Below, one piece after another: positions 13,812 through 25,714 of a stretch of DNA of 64,000 nt (positions are counted from its first letter, which is position 1; every line of letters starts with the position of its first letter). The translations under genes and the position numbers were made by a program. The notes below the pieces were generated by a model. It was not told where the DNA came from, did no database searches, and saw only the letters and a list, made by a program, of their open reading frames with translations. This stretch comes from Octopus vulgaris (lineage: Eukaryota): assembly GCA_951406725.2 (NCBI GenBank), contig OX597818.1, positions 98,952,001 to 99,016,000 on the forward strand. Direction: 5' to 3'.

Positions 13812-14220
13812 AATACATACATATTCACATGTGTGTATAATATATATATTGTATTTCATTTATTAAGGAATAAAAATTCCGGCATCACAGGGGTTCAATT
13901 TATTCTCAATGAGGAAATATATATTTTTTATTTAGAGATAGTAGCCCCCTTCATCCCACCATATAAAAGAATTTTAATTTAATACTTACTACTCATTTCT
14001 CAACTACACGTGCGTCTTAAGGTTCTTTTATGGTTCCTTAAGCATGCAGTGTTTTACAGGAACCTTTCTTAAAATGTAGCCCCAATCATCGGGCCTCTAA
14101 ATAACTTTATCATAGTTCGATATATATATACATACACATATACATAAAAATTATCTTGTGTGTATATTGTTGTCCCTTTTTTGTATCACCTAAATGTCTG
14201 GATGTTTTGCATTCTTGTCC

Positions 14221-14261
<41 letters not shown>

Positions 14262-14268
14262 CTTTGGT

Positions 14269-14668
14269 CTCTTACTCTTTTACTTGTTTCAGTCATTTGA
14301 CTGCGGCCATGCTGGAGCACCGCCTTTTTTTTTAATCGAGCAACTCGACCCCGGGACTTATTCTTTTGTAAGCCCAGTACTTATTCTATCGGTCTCTTTT
14401 GCCGAACCGCTAGGTAACGGGGACATAAACACACCAGCATCGGTTGTCAAGCAATGCCAGGGGGGCAAACACAGACACACACACGCATATATATATACAT
14501 ATATACGACGGGCTTCTTTCAGTTTCCATCTACCAAATCCACTCACAAGGCTTTAGTCGGCCCGAGGCTATAGTAGAAGACACTTGCCCAAGGTGCCGCG
14601 CAGTGGGACTGAATCCGGAACCATGTGGTTGGTTAGCAAGCTACTTACCACACAGCCACTCCTGCACC
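14269..14668 (-). mobile_element. Full-length tRNA-derived SINE (family A), inverted relative to 9078-9492
   Basis: Aligns end to end by eye with the reverse complement of 9078-9492, with few substitutions. Confidence 0.9.
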
Positions 14669-16058
14669 TTATATGTAAGTATTTATTTATTTAAATCTTG
14701 TACGACTCTATTCTTTTATTATTTCCTTCTTTCTATCAGCCCTTAGCATGTGCCAAAATTAGAATGATTATTAATTTTATGGATGGCAGAACTGGTAGCA
14801 CATAAAGTACTTAGTTTTCAAGAATTTGCATTCTGAGTTACAATCCCAACCACCTCAATTTTACATCTCATCCTATCAGGTAGGATGATAGAATAAAAAG
14901 TAGTCAAATGTTGATGTCAATTATATTGTCTATATTCTGTTCCCAAAATCTGTGACCATTATTATTGCCACAGACCAATTAATAACTTTCACCAGAATAT
15001 AGAGAAGATATTTCACATAAAAATATCAACAATCAAAAGATGAAAAACTATCTAGCTAGTTTCTGTGTGTTGTAGGTCACATAGACATTTAAATATACAT
15101 TTGGTGATTACATAGTCTGTGTGCAGGTCATTTTAATGTCTGTATGTCTTAAGTCTGCTATATGGGTAAAACAGAGAGAACAATCTTACTTTTGCTTCAC
15201 ATCTACTAAGGATCATTAGTATCCACCCAGATATATATGCTAAATCATGGTAAAATTTAATTACTGTGCTGTCTACATACACACATATCCATATCTAATT
15301 TAGTCAAATAAATGATCAAGAGTAGAAAAGTAAATGTAAAATGCAAAATAGAAATATAAAATTAAAAAGTAAAATACATACATATAATCTTTTACTGATT
15401 TTTCCAGTTAATAGTCTGTGGCTATACTGAGGTACTGCTACCTAAACAAATCATATGCCTGCTGAAAGACACACACACACACACACATACAAAATTCATA
15501 GTTTATTTATAGATGAATGTTCATTATACTATAGTTATAAGTATGGTAGATGTCTATATATGGTTTCTTATGTTGAGTATGATATTGTGATAAATCATTG
15601 AGAGAAAAAATAATCTACAAGTAAATATTTTCTCTACATTAATACCAGAACTGACCATAAAAAAAGAAATTGTAAGGAGCAACCACAATAACTAAATAGA
15701 AACAGCAATGACAATGCTAATTACGTAATAAAATTAGAAAGAATGTAAAAAAAAAAATTTTATAATTTTTTACCAATAAAATGAGAAAGAAACTGAAACT
15801 CAGAATCAGCAGAAACATTCTGATCCATAGAATTAAATTTTTTTTTTTTGTCTGTAGTTTATATTTCAAATAAGAAGGAACACAGAAAGAAGAGTGGAAA
15901 AATTCTCACTGAAATAAGCACAGAAGGATACAAAAGAAATCTGCAAAAATATAAACGACATTGAAAATTATGGTGCCATTGAATATCTGTCAAATGAAAA
16001 CACTGTTAAAATAAACAGAAACATCTACAAAGAAGCAAATTAATAAATAAATAAAACA

Positions 16059-16113
<55 letters not shown>

Positions 16114-16586
16114 AATTACATTATTACATTTATATTCTGACAAGTTAAACTGAAAATAAATCTCACAAAAGTTTTCCACATATAGACTTTAATTTATAGA
16201 ATTCAAAAAAATTTCAAGAGACAACCTATAGTTATCTCTATATGTGTATATAAATACTTATATATATGTAATGTGCATCTGATTATCTGATTTTGCACAT
16301 GTGTATGCACGTATGCATGTGTATGTATGTATGTATATCAATACAATATGATGTTCAGTGAGCACTTGTTTTGCTGAATCAAGTTTCATGATGTGACAAA
16401 TATGTGTATGTCACATATACAAATATGTGTATGGGTGTATGTGCCTATTTATAAACGAATACTAGTCACTATGAACAAATACATATACACTACACAGGGA
16501 AACCAAATATCTACTCCCAGAACAAAATACTTTGCTTTTCTTCCTATTTCTTACATTATGAAATACATTTAACAGCCTCATCTACC

Positions 16587-17516
16587 CAGAACTGGAGAAA
16601 ACTTTTGATCAACAAACAAAGTGACTAAATAATTTTTAATACGAAGCTTGAACATTGCGTACGGCTGTTTCTGCTTCCAAAGAAAATTATGAGAATAATA
16701 TTCATCCTCTTTATAGCACATCCGATGGAGCTTCATCAGAGTGGATACAAATATATAAAATAAAAGAAGAGAAGAGGGAAGAAGAAAGAAGGCTTAATAA
16801 ATTAGAATCATACCATTTTGCAGTGTAAAGCTTGAAATCGATGAGCAAATGAATAAACTAGAAAAATAATTGGTGGGTTAATCTTTCCTGAGGGGCACCA
16901 GGGTGTGTAAATAATAAGAAAATAAAACTATTACTCTCAAGTATAACAGGGTTCGCCAATAAGTCTAGAAAAAGAATAGTACCCCTAAAGAATGATTAAC
17001 CCACCAATTATTTTTCTAGTTTATTCATTTGCTCATTGACTTCAAGCTTTACACTGCAAAATGGTATGATTCTAATTTATTAAGCCTTCTTTCTTCATCT
17101 CAAGGCCCTTTCTTCTTTCCACTTTTTTTTTATTTTATGTATTTGTATTCACTCTTATGATGTTCTATGTACTAGATCAGATGTGCTATAAAGATGATGA
17201 ATATTCTCATAATTTTCTTTGGCGGCACCAACTGACATTGGCAGCAGAAATGGCTCTAAGCAATGTTCAAGCTTTGTATTAAAAAATCTTTAAATGATGG
17301 TAGTCAATTTGTTTGTTGATCTAAAGGTTTCTCCATTTTCTGCTCATTTTAAATCTGCTTCTGGATAAACTCCAATTTATTCTGATCACCTGTATCCTAT
17401 GTGCATAGTATGCTTGCATACCCATGCCCAGGGTTAACATAGGTAATTTACACCAGTAGTAATAACAGATATTCCTATCTCTTAGACGGTTACACCAACT
17501 GCTAACTCTACTTACC
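16587..17516. mobile_element. Fold-back Penelope-like element with inverted pLTR arms
   Basis: Arms 16587-16883 and 16994-17342, inner ~100 bp nearly perfect. The loop (minus strand) resembles the end of a PLE GIY-YIG ORF (RE..FIF...HTLVP). Ends at the (TA)n tract at 17517. Confidence 0.7.
16655..16745 (-). ncRNA. Minimal hammerhead ribozyme motif (degenerate stems)
   Basis: Minus strand CUGAUGA (16739-16733) AGCUCC...GGAAGCA GAAACAGCCGUA (16671-16660). The right-arm copy is mutated (CUUAUGA...GAAAUGGCUCUA). Confidence 0.5.
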
Positions 17517-17860
<344 letters not shown>

Positions 17861-17879
17861 ATGTATATATTGCTTGATT

Positions 17880-19150
17880 TATACAGTATATAGTTACGAG
17901 CTACTATCAGTTTTGTACAATGACAATCTTATCTTAGTTTTTAAAACATGCCTAGTGCTTCCAAATAATCTTCAGGCTCTGGGCACATGGGCTACATAAG
18001 TTACAAATCAGGACAACAGAACAAGAGAAATCATGAAAAAAGACAGGATCAAATGTAGATTCAAAAAGTGGAATGGTTAAAAAATGGAAAACAAAAAATT
18101 AAAACAGCAAAAAAAAAAAAGGAATTAGAGTTATGTCACCTTTGACTGTAGCATTGCAAGGTTAGATGGTGTATAATAGATGGAAGGGATTTAAAGTATG
18201 TGATACAGCCACTTAATCAGGAGAGAGTAGTGTTCTTCAATTTGGTACAAAAAAAAAAAAAAAAAAAAAAAAACTATGTTTACATTTGCTGAAAATCTCT
18301 GATCTGGAATTCAGCAGTGCAATGGAGTTCTTAGATCTAAAAGTGATATGCTATCTCTCTGCTACACATAACTTGCATATTTTTGATCCATTATATAGCC
18401 TGGATTTTTTAATATAATTTTCCACTTGATTATATGTGGCTTGGATTTGGTTCTCAAACCCCATACATAGCTAACCAACTTAGTGGATTTTATTCATGTG
18501 CTGGAAAGGAAATAGGTTAACATAGCAACTTTTAAAGTCGCCTTTGCACAACCTGATGTAATTCTTCTTTTTAGTTTGGTTATCATATATCATTGGTATT
18601 ACTTCTGTCTCACATATGATAGAATAAATCATACACTCTAACTGAGAAGACAAGCTTCAGGGTCTTGACGGTGTATGCAGGTAATGATACTTTTCATATT
18701 GGAGTAGCAGTTATATCATAATTTAATAGAGCATCTGTTGGAGATTTTTCTTATTTGTGATTTTCTGGGAAATGCTTATGTAAGAGAGATAGGAATTATT
18801 TACTAATGTTAATTTTAACCTTTAGGGAGAAATGGTTGCAGGGTGAACCAAATTACCATCCTAGGTTTATTCTTAGGTCTATTTTTATTATAAGTATTAT
18901 TACTCGAAGGGTTGTAATTTAGCTTATTTTTGAAGCCACTGTTAGGGCATTGTCATAGTAGGGGGCTGCCTTATCAAAAATTTCTTTAGAAGAAAAAAGG
19001 CCAGATATCTTATTGCTAATGGTGGCAGTCAGGTTTTTAAATTCTATAGCAGGGCAGCAAGACTGTTTGTGTATGTAGGAAAGTGTTTCAGGCTTGTGGT
19101 ACAGTTTATAAAAGTGAAAGTTTAGTTCTAGGGAAACATCTAAAAAATAA
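17880..19150 (-). mobile_element. 5'-truncated, decayed Penelope-like retroelement (RT thumb + GIY-YIG endonuclease + 3' pLTR)
   Basis: Minus-strand peptides FLDVSLELNFHFYKLYHKPETLSYIHKQSCCPAIEFKNLTATISNKIS, NYIRLCKGDFKSCY, STKLVSYVWGLRTKSKPHIIKWKII and GSKICKLCVAER*HITFRSKNSIALLNSRSEIFSKCKH. These match the Penelope motifs FLDV..., YIG...FK.RY, ST.LS.YVW.LK and C.LC..EK...LLN.R.E...KC.H. Stops and frameshifts are present. Confidence 0.88.
17897..17979 (-). ncRNA. Hammerhead ribozyme motif in the Penelope 3' pLTR (G12 mutated)
   Basis: Minus strand GAGC CUGAAGA [54 nt] AAAAC UGAUA GUA GCUC: perfect 4-bp stem I GAGC/GCUC, with GAAA changed to AAAA. Confidence 0.6.
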
Positions 19151-19664
19151 GGTATATTTAAAACAATATTTATCTCTCACCAGATGGAGTACATTTTGTT
19201 GATCTTACCTAAATGGAAAAGCTGTGTGTGTGTATGCGTATTTATATATATATATATATATATATATAAGTAAATCTATATATACATGTGTGTGTGTGTG
19301 TGTACATCTGCATGTATACATGCATATAATCATGTATACTTGCAAACATTTACAATAATAAGATATATAACATAATTAATATAAACAGCAATACTTGAAT
19401 CTTTGAACCATTGACCAATTTCCTGTGAAAACAAACAAACTTTCAGAAAATAAGCTGTCATTAAAATTAAGAGAGGGAAAAAAAATCAGGAATATGAAAA
19501 TTAAGTAATTACTAAAATTGGAACACAATACACCTCAGATCAGCAGGATGCATCACCTCTAGGTATAACATAACTGTGTGCAGTGAGTGCAGCAACAAGC
19601 ACATAGCTGCTATTAGCTACATATATAGAGAGTGATGAAAGTAAGCTTCTATCTGTGAAATATG

Positions 19665-19738
<74 letters not shown>

Positions 19739-19943
19739 AAAAAGTACCAAATATACTTTTGAACACATCAAGTGAAAGTGACAACAAATATGATTAAACA
19801 GTTTAAATATGTGATCAGCCAAGAAATGCTTGGTGTGATACAAGAGATGGCTGTGTTTGTTGTGTGTGTATGTGTGTGAAAGTATAATTTTACTAACCAT
19901 GTAATTCAAACATCATGTCATACAACAACAGCATTATACTTAC

Positions 19944-19967
19944 GTTCTAAGAAAAAGAGCCAGAAAG
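19944..19967 (-). CDS. Candidate microexon after the FN3 exon: 3-nt AAC (19944-19946) or 24-nt form from the upstream AG
   Basis: Minus strand atttaacttcttatttatacag CTTTCTGGCTCTTTTTCTTAG AAC gtaagtat. Consensus donor, long pyrimidine tract, branch-like tttaac; both acceptors keep frame. Confidence 0.5.
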
Positions 19968-21367
19968 CTGTATAAATAAGAAGTTAAATATATGTACATA
20001 TACATATATATGTGTGTATATATACATATATATGAGGGCGTATGTGTGTATATATATATGTGTGTGTGTGTGTGTGCATCTATATCTATATATCTCTCTC
20101 TCTCTCTCGGTATATGAGTATCTGTATGTATGTAATTGTACACACATAAAAAGATATGTAATCAGATGGTGCTCTTATTTTAGACATGGCCAGGAACAAT
20201 GCTAACTAAAATCTATCTATATTTGTATCATGTGTATGCTTTACAAAAATATTAATTGAAGAAATACCCTGTAAAAAAGAATAAAAAATATATATATATT
20301 TTAATTCTGAAATAATATTTCATTGAAAAACTCCAAGCAGCTGACTGAAATATCAAAATAATCTTAATGTGATAAGAGCAGTAATATATAAAAAAAATAT
20401 TTTAAAATGTTTCTCAGAAGAAGAAAAAAGAATATTAGAAAATATTGAAATGAGTAAGCATAAAAAACAATCATTGTCAAGCCTTTATACATGGCTCATA
20501 ATATATTTAGGCTTCTTAATTTTCCTTCTGATTTATTTAATGTAACAAATACTGAGGTTAAAATCTCTTAAAACCAATGATATGCATACAAACATTATGT
20601 CAGTTGAGATTAAGAAGATTGAAGAAAGTCATCTGCAAATATAAAGAGATGTTTTCAATTATAATGTCAGATGATCCCAAAGTTTAATGTGTCAATGATG
20701 TATTAATATGAAAACATATCTACATCTATGGTATTTGACAGAGCTGTGATAATAATATAATCAAGTCATCTGCAATATATATGCTGCTTCCAGTAAGACA
20801 GCAGATGTCGGATATTGCTGTGATTAAACTGAGAAAGTCAATTATAACATAAAAAACATCTACTTAAAGAACATTGGATATTTCAATAATCAACGTCATG
20901 AAATTTAGTATAAACCATGTCTACTATTACATATGAGAGATATTGCTATGAGTAATTTGGTAACATCTATAATGCAAAAGCATAACATCTGTAATAATAT
21001 TCCATTTGTAATGAGAATACATCTTCTAGAAGGAACACAGTAATAGCTATTGGTAATTAAGACAATAACATCATCTGTCAAGCAACAATGTTCATACTAC
21101 AACAACAGTAAATATGATTTAAACTGAAGAATAAAATCACATGTAATATAAAGACATGGCTTCTATTGTGTCAAATATTTATATAACTACAGGTATAAAG
21201 TCATCTGTAAGACTCTTTAGTGATAGAAATACTAGTTGTAATTGTGTTTGATAATTTTAAAATACAAGATTAGCTCATAGAGCGAAGACAATCATAGTTG
21301 TAAGTGAGGAGATAAACAGTAGGATAAGTAAAGATGTAGAAGGTGTTTTGATATTTTGAGTACATAC

Positions 21368-21652
21368 CTTCAGGTACAACAACCTGTTCTGATTCTTGTG
21401 GTTGACTGTACGATAGGAGACTGAAGGAAAACACTCTAAATTTGTAGGTTCCCGGTTTTAAATCCCGCATCATATACCAGGATTTTGGTGTGAGAACCAC
21501 CTCGTCAACTCGATGCCACACTGAATCGTTACAGTATTCAACAACGTAGTAGAAAATAGAAACGTTGGAGTTCTGGGGGGCAAACCAAGTAACATTGACG
21601 GCCCCACGGTGTACCTTAATAGTAACATTCAAAGGAGCCTTTGGTCTTGGAC
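21368..21652 (-). CDS. tutl: Internal exon encoding a fibronectin type III domain (probably the membrane-proximal FN3) of a Turtle/IGSF9-family Ig-FN3 cell adhesion molecule
   Basis: Acceptor tttgtttacttttag|GT at 21652 and donor GAAG|gtatgt at 21368; 285 nt, phase 1-1, open. Translation (G)PRPKAPLNVTIKVHRGAVNVTWFAPQNSNVSIFYYVVEYCNDSVWHRVDEVVLTPKSWYMMRDLKPGTYKFRVFSFSLLSYSQPQESEQVVVPE has the FN3 signatures (P..P.NV, W..P, Y.VEY, L.PGTY.FRV). The family call is from recalled similarity to invertebrate Turtle proteins, not a search. Confidence 0.9.
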
Positions 21653-21814
21653 CTAAAAGTAAACAAAAAATTGAATGACATTATATAATAACACACACAC
21701 AAATATATACTTTATATATACATTTCATCAATTGATTAAACAATTGCATAAATCTGAAACACACACAAACAGATATTCCATTGAATCAAAATTATCTGGT
21801 ATCTTGGAGATGAA

Positions 21815-21862
21815 AAGTACAAAGTGAGGTATTTTCCCAAGTACAAAGTGAGGTATTTTCCC
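21815..21862. repeat. Perfect 24-bp tandem duplication
   Basis: AAGTACAAAGTGAGGTATTTTCCC twice (21815-21838, 21839-21862). Confidence 0.95.
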
Positions 21863-22502
21863 AAGGTAGGTCCAAAGACCTGCTCATCAAGTTCCATTTT
21901 CTGTGTTATATAAAGAGATAAGTGAGGGTCTGAAAAATGTTTTGAAATTCCTATAGTATAATAACTTATTTAGGCAGCTTTCTTACTTCTGAAAATGCAT
22001 GGAAATATACATTTTTACAGAGGTGAAAGTGGAATTTGAAGTTGACCACTGCATTGAAAAATACTGCTGATGGCATTCATATTCCCTTACGTAGTCATTG
22101 AAAGGATTTCAGTCCAACAATGCAAACTAACAAAAAACTCCACAACTTTGGATTGACATAATTATGGTAAACCAAAATTCTTGTAGTATTTAGTTGTGAC
22201 CCTTTTAAGTTTTGAGATCAAATCTGGCTGATGATTTCATATTTACTGGAAGTGTCACTCAAATACAGCTGAGGTCAACTTTGCCTTTCATCGTCATCAT
22301 CATCGTTTAACGTCCACTTTCCATGCTGGCCAATATGATAAAGTACCAAAGGTCAATAAAAATAAAGTACCAGTCAAGTCCTGGGTTTTATCAAATGAAC
22401 TAACTCCTACAAGCAACCAGCAATAAAACAGACCTCAAGTAACTACTTTGCTGAGAGTTACAAAAGAAAAAGTAAAAAAAATCAAAAGAGATGTTACCTT
22501 AA

Positions 22503-22723
22503 CCCTTTTGTTACTGTATTTATTTTGAGATGCTCTGTGTTTCTTTAAATTATTTTAAATATAACAATGAATTTAGTAAAATAACTTAGTTTTCATTAAG
22601 CTAGTGTTAGGAACATAAATTGCAACTAAGGTTTGCTGGTATATTTTAATGAAAAACTAATGAAAACAAGACATTTATACTACAGAGCCAGAGCCGGTTT
22701 TGGCCGGGTTGGTAACGAAAGGG
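22503..22723. mobile_element. piggyBac-type MITE
   Basis: TTAA TSDs at 22499-22502 and 22724-22727; TIRs CCCTTTTGTTAC / GTAACGAAAGGG (11/12 match). Confidence 0.85.
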
Positions 22724-23417
22724 TTAAGAACAATAAAATGATCAAAATAAAATTTAAAAGAATTAATATTATATCTATTAGGGAAACAAGAAGACAGAAA
22801 AAAGTTTCATAAACTAGATGTTTGAAGAAATAAACTACAAGAGTGAAAACTCATTTTACATGAAAGGATAACAGCTGTAAAAGTACAGGAATTAAAAGAC
22901 AAGCCACTTGATTACTAACCTTAAAAGCAGGAACAAGCGAAAATTGAGCAGATCAATGAACATAAAAGTGTTTATAGAAGAGAGATAAAGAAGCACTGTA
23001 ATAAGAGAAGAGTTTAACTGACAGAACAGGACCAACAATATTAGAAACTCACTCCTGAACTTGATCAAAGAGAGGAAGAACAGAAGCACCTACCAAATGG
23101 GACAACAGTATTATAACCCTAATGTCCATAACTATCAGTACTTCAGTCCACAACTTTAGTAAGCATATGTACTGATATGTGTTTTACTAGCTTGCAATAC
23201 TATACTTCTAGAGATCTTAAGGGGTGCACAATGTAAATAAACACTGTAATGGATTTTTTATAAGAATATTCTTTCTTAAATAACAAAGGTGCAATTATTT
23301 ACAAGTGGTTAGTAAAACGAACTCCACATAATTTGGATTGAACTCAAGTACCACAATGGAGAATTTACCACTCAGTTAAATACAAAAGTGCATTTCATAC
23401 ATAAAGAACTTACTTAC

Positions 23418-23498
23418 CAATGGGTCTTACTACTGGTGGAATATATGTTGCTCCATTAGGTTTTGTTGGTAAACTGGTCGGCAGATCACTATGATAAC
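23418..23498 (-). CDS. tutl: 81-nt internal exon encoding the Pro/Thr-rich inter-FN3 linker of the same Turtle/IGSF9-like gene
   Basis: Pyrimidine tract tttttcccccctctattactctcgtttctataaag|GT and consensus donor TTG|gtaagt; phase 1-1. Encodes (G)YHSDLPTSLPTKPNGATYIPPVVRPI and splices in frame to GPRPKAP of the FN3 exon. The LPT...G.TY.P....GP.P..P.NV linker resembles Turtle. Confidence 0.85.
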
Positions 23499-23667
23499 CT
23501 TTATAGAAACGAGAGTAATAGAGGGGGGAAAAAGAAAGTGACAAATTAGAGACAATGAGTTAATACTGAACAAAATATATCTATTTCTTTCGCCCCACCA
23601 AATATATATATATATGCATATATATATATATATACATGTGTGTATATATATAATGTATATATATTTA

Positions 23668-23704
<37 letters not shown>

Positions 23705-24102
23705 GTGTGTGTATATATATATGTATATACATGTGTGTATGTATATATATATGCATATACATGCATGTGTGTGTGTATATATATATACATACACACACAC
23801 ACATGTATATATACATGTGCATAAACACATATAAACACACACACACACATATATATATACACATACATACAAACACAAGCATACATGTATGTATGTATGT
23901 ATGTATGTATGCTTATATACACTGTTGAGACATTTTAAAGCAAAGCAAATTTATTCAATTATATAATATACGAATACACACACACACATACGTGTGTGTG
24001 TGTGTGTGTGTATGTATATATAATGTATATACATACACACATAAAAATAGATGCTAAAACACTTATAACATTAAGATATACACAGAGAATATATATATAT
24101 AC

Positions 24103-24159
<57 letters not shown>

Positions 24160-25305
24160 CACACACAAAAATATATAAACATTTACATGTAAACATATAC
24201 ATATGAACAAATATATCAATATGCATATATGAAAACATACATACATATTTATACACATACATATATAGAAAATGCATCTGATGACAAAACAAAAATAATA
24301 AAACAAATATAACCATGAGTTAAATAATGAACAAGAAATCACACAAATACAAACATACATGAATTTGGGGAAAATTAAATTTATCAATTTACAAAGCTGT
24401 TGCTTCTTTTTTCAGTAAAGAAGCAGATGGGAAAGTATTGGAAAAAATGAAGCAAAGGAAATAACTAAAATGATGAAACAAAATGGCATGGCAGGCACAA
24501 CTAAAAATAAATAGGGATAAATACAAAATTATTTATAAATGATGGAAAAAAAGCTGGAGTTAAACAAAAGTATCCACAAAAATCACAATGTTTTTAATGC
24601 TTTAGTTTAATGTGCTGGACTGGTTCTGAGTTCAAATCTTACCAATACAACTATAGCGATGTTCTCCTGGGCAAGGCACACAATTTTGCTTTGTGGACAG
24701 ATGAACAAATAAGATTCAATTCTACTTCTGTTTGATTGGGGAGTAAAAAAGTCTTTCAGCTGTAAAAATAATTGTTCCACCAATATGCAAATCCCCATAT
24801 TTGCAAGAAAAGAAAATACTATATCCATACTAGAAATAGTGGTAGATAGTCTGGTAAAAAGTTTGACATTTTTCTTCTCATTTTGATGTTTTACATCCAA
24901 CTTTACTTTTTCACTTCTAGTATGACTAAGAGAAGTTTTGCAAATTCAGATATTTACATACTGCTGAAACATTTTTGTACATCTGAATACATTTCTTACA
25001 TTTAACCATGAAACAGATTTATAACCAGGTAAACTGAGACAGAATAATATGACTTCATTAGAAAGGACAACACAATGGTTGTAGCAAAGTTTTAATTTGT
25101 GACCAAATGGTGAATAGTCTAGCATTTTAAACTTGTAACTAAACATGAAAAATGAAATCAAATAAAATATTTTCCATAATAGTGGCAGAAAAAAAATGAA
25201 AATTCATAAATATGGAAAAGGTGTAGTTAATGAAATGATAGTAAATACAACTCAAAATCACTGAAGAGTTAAAATTTATAAGTGATTATTATCATTATTA
25301 TTATT

Positions 25306-25340
<35 letters not shown>

Positions 25341-25714
25341 CATTATTATTATTATTATTATTGAAATGGTGAGACATTTAAACATTAGACTGTATGAAAT
25401 TCACTACTTCATTAATATGAGATTAAATTCTATTAGAATCACCTTTATTTTCATGTCTTCAACGTCAATGCAATAAATACTAGTGAGATATTAAAGATGA
25501 TTTACCCTACTGCACTGATATTCTAAAAGAGTGAATTTGAGCACCAGTGTTTAGTTTTATTGCTCTATATTCTAAATTTAAACCTTCCCAGAAATAATTT
25601 TACTTTATGTTTTGTCTGATTCATATGGTCAATAACAGAGACATGTTACAACAAATTCAACTGATTGTACACTTTTCTTTTTGAACCTACTATAAAAAAC
25701 CATTATTTTTATGA

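Noticed and set aside
13980-14100. Hammerhead-like remnant on the minus strand (CCGAUGA...GAAAUGAGUAGUA) in a (TA)n-flanked segment
   Set aside because: Core and stems are too degenerate to call; possibly an old PLE pLTR.
15900-16060. Cascade of acceptor-like YAG sites on the minus strand
   Set aside because: No good frame-preserving donor follows, and the pattern is expected in U-rich intron sequence.
24410-24500. In-phase acceptor followed by hydrophobic peptide VVPAMPFCFIILVISFASFFPILSHLLLY*
   Set aside because: Hydrophobicity is expected from a T-rich strand; there is no stalk and no other support.
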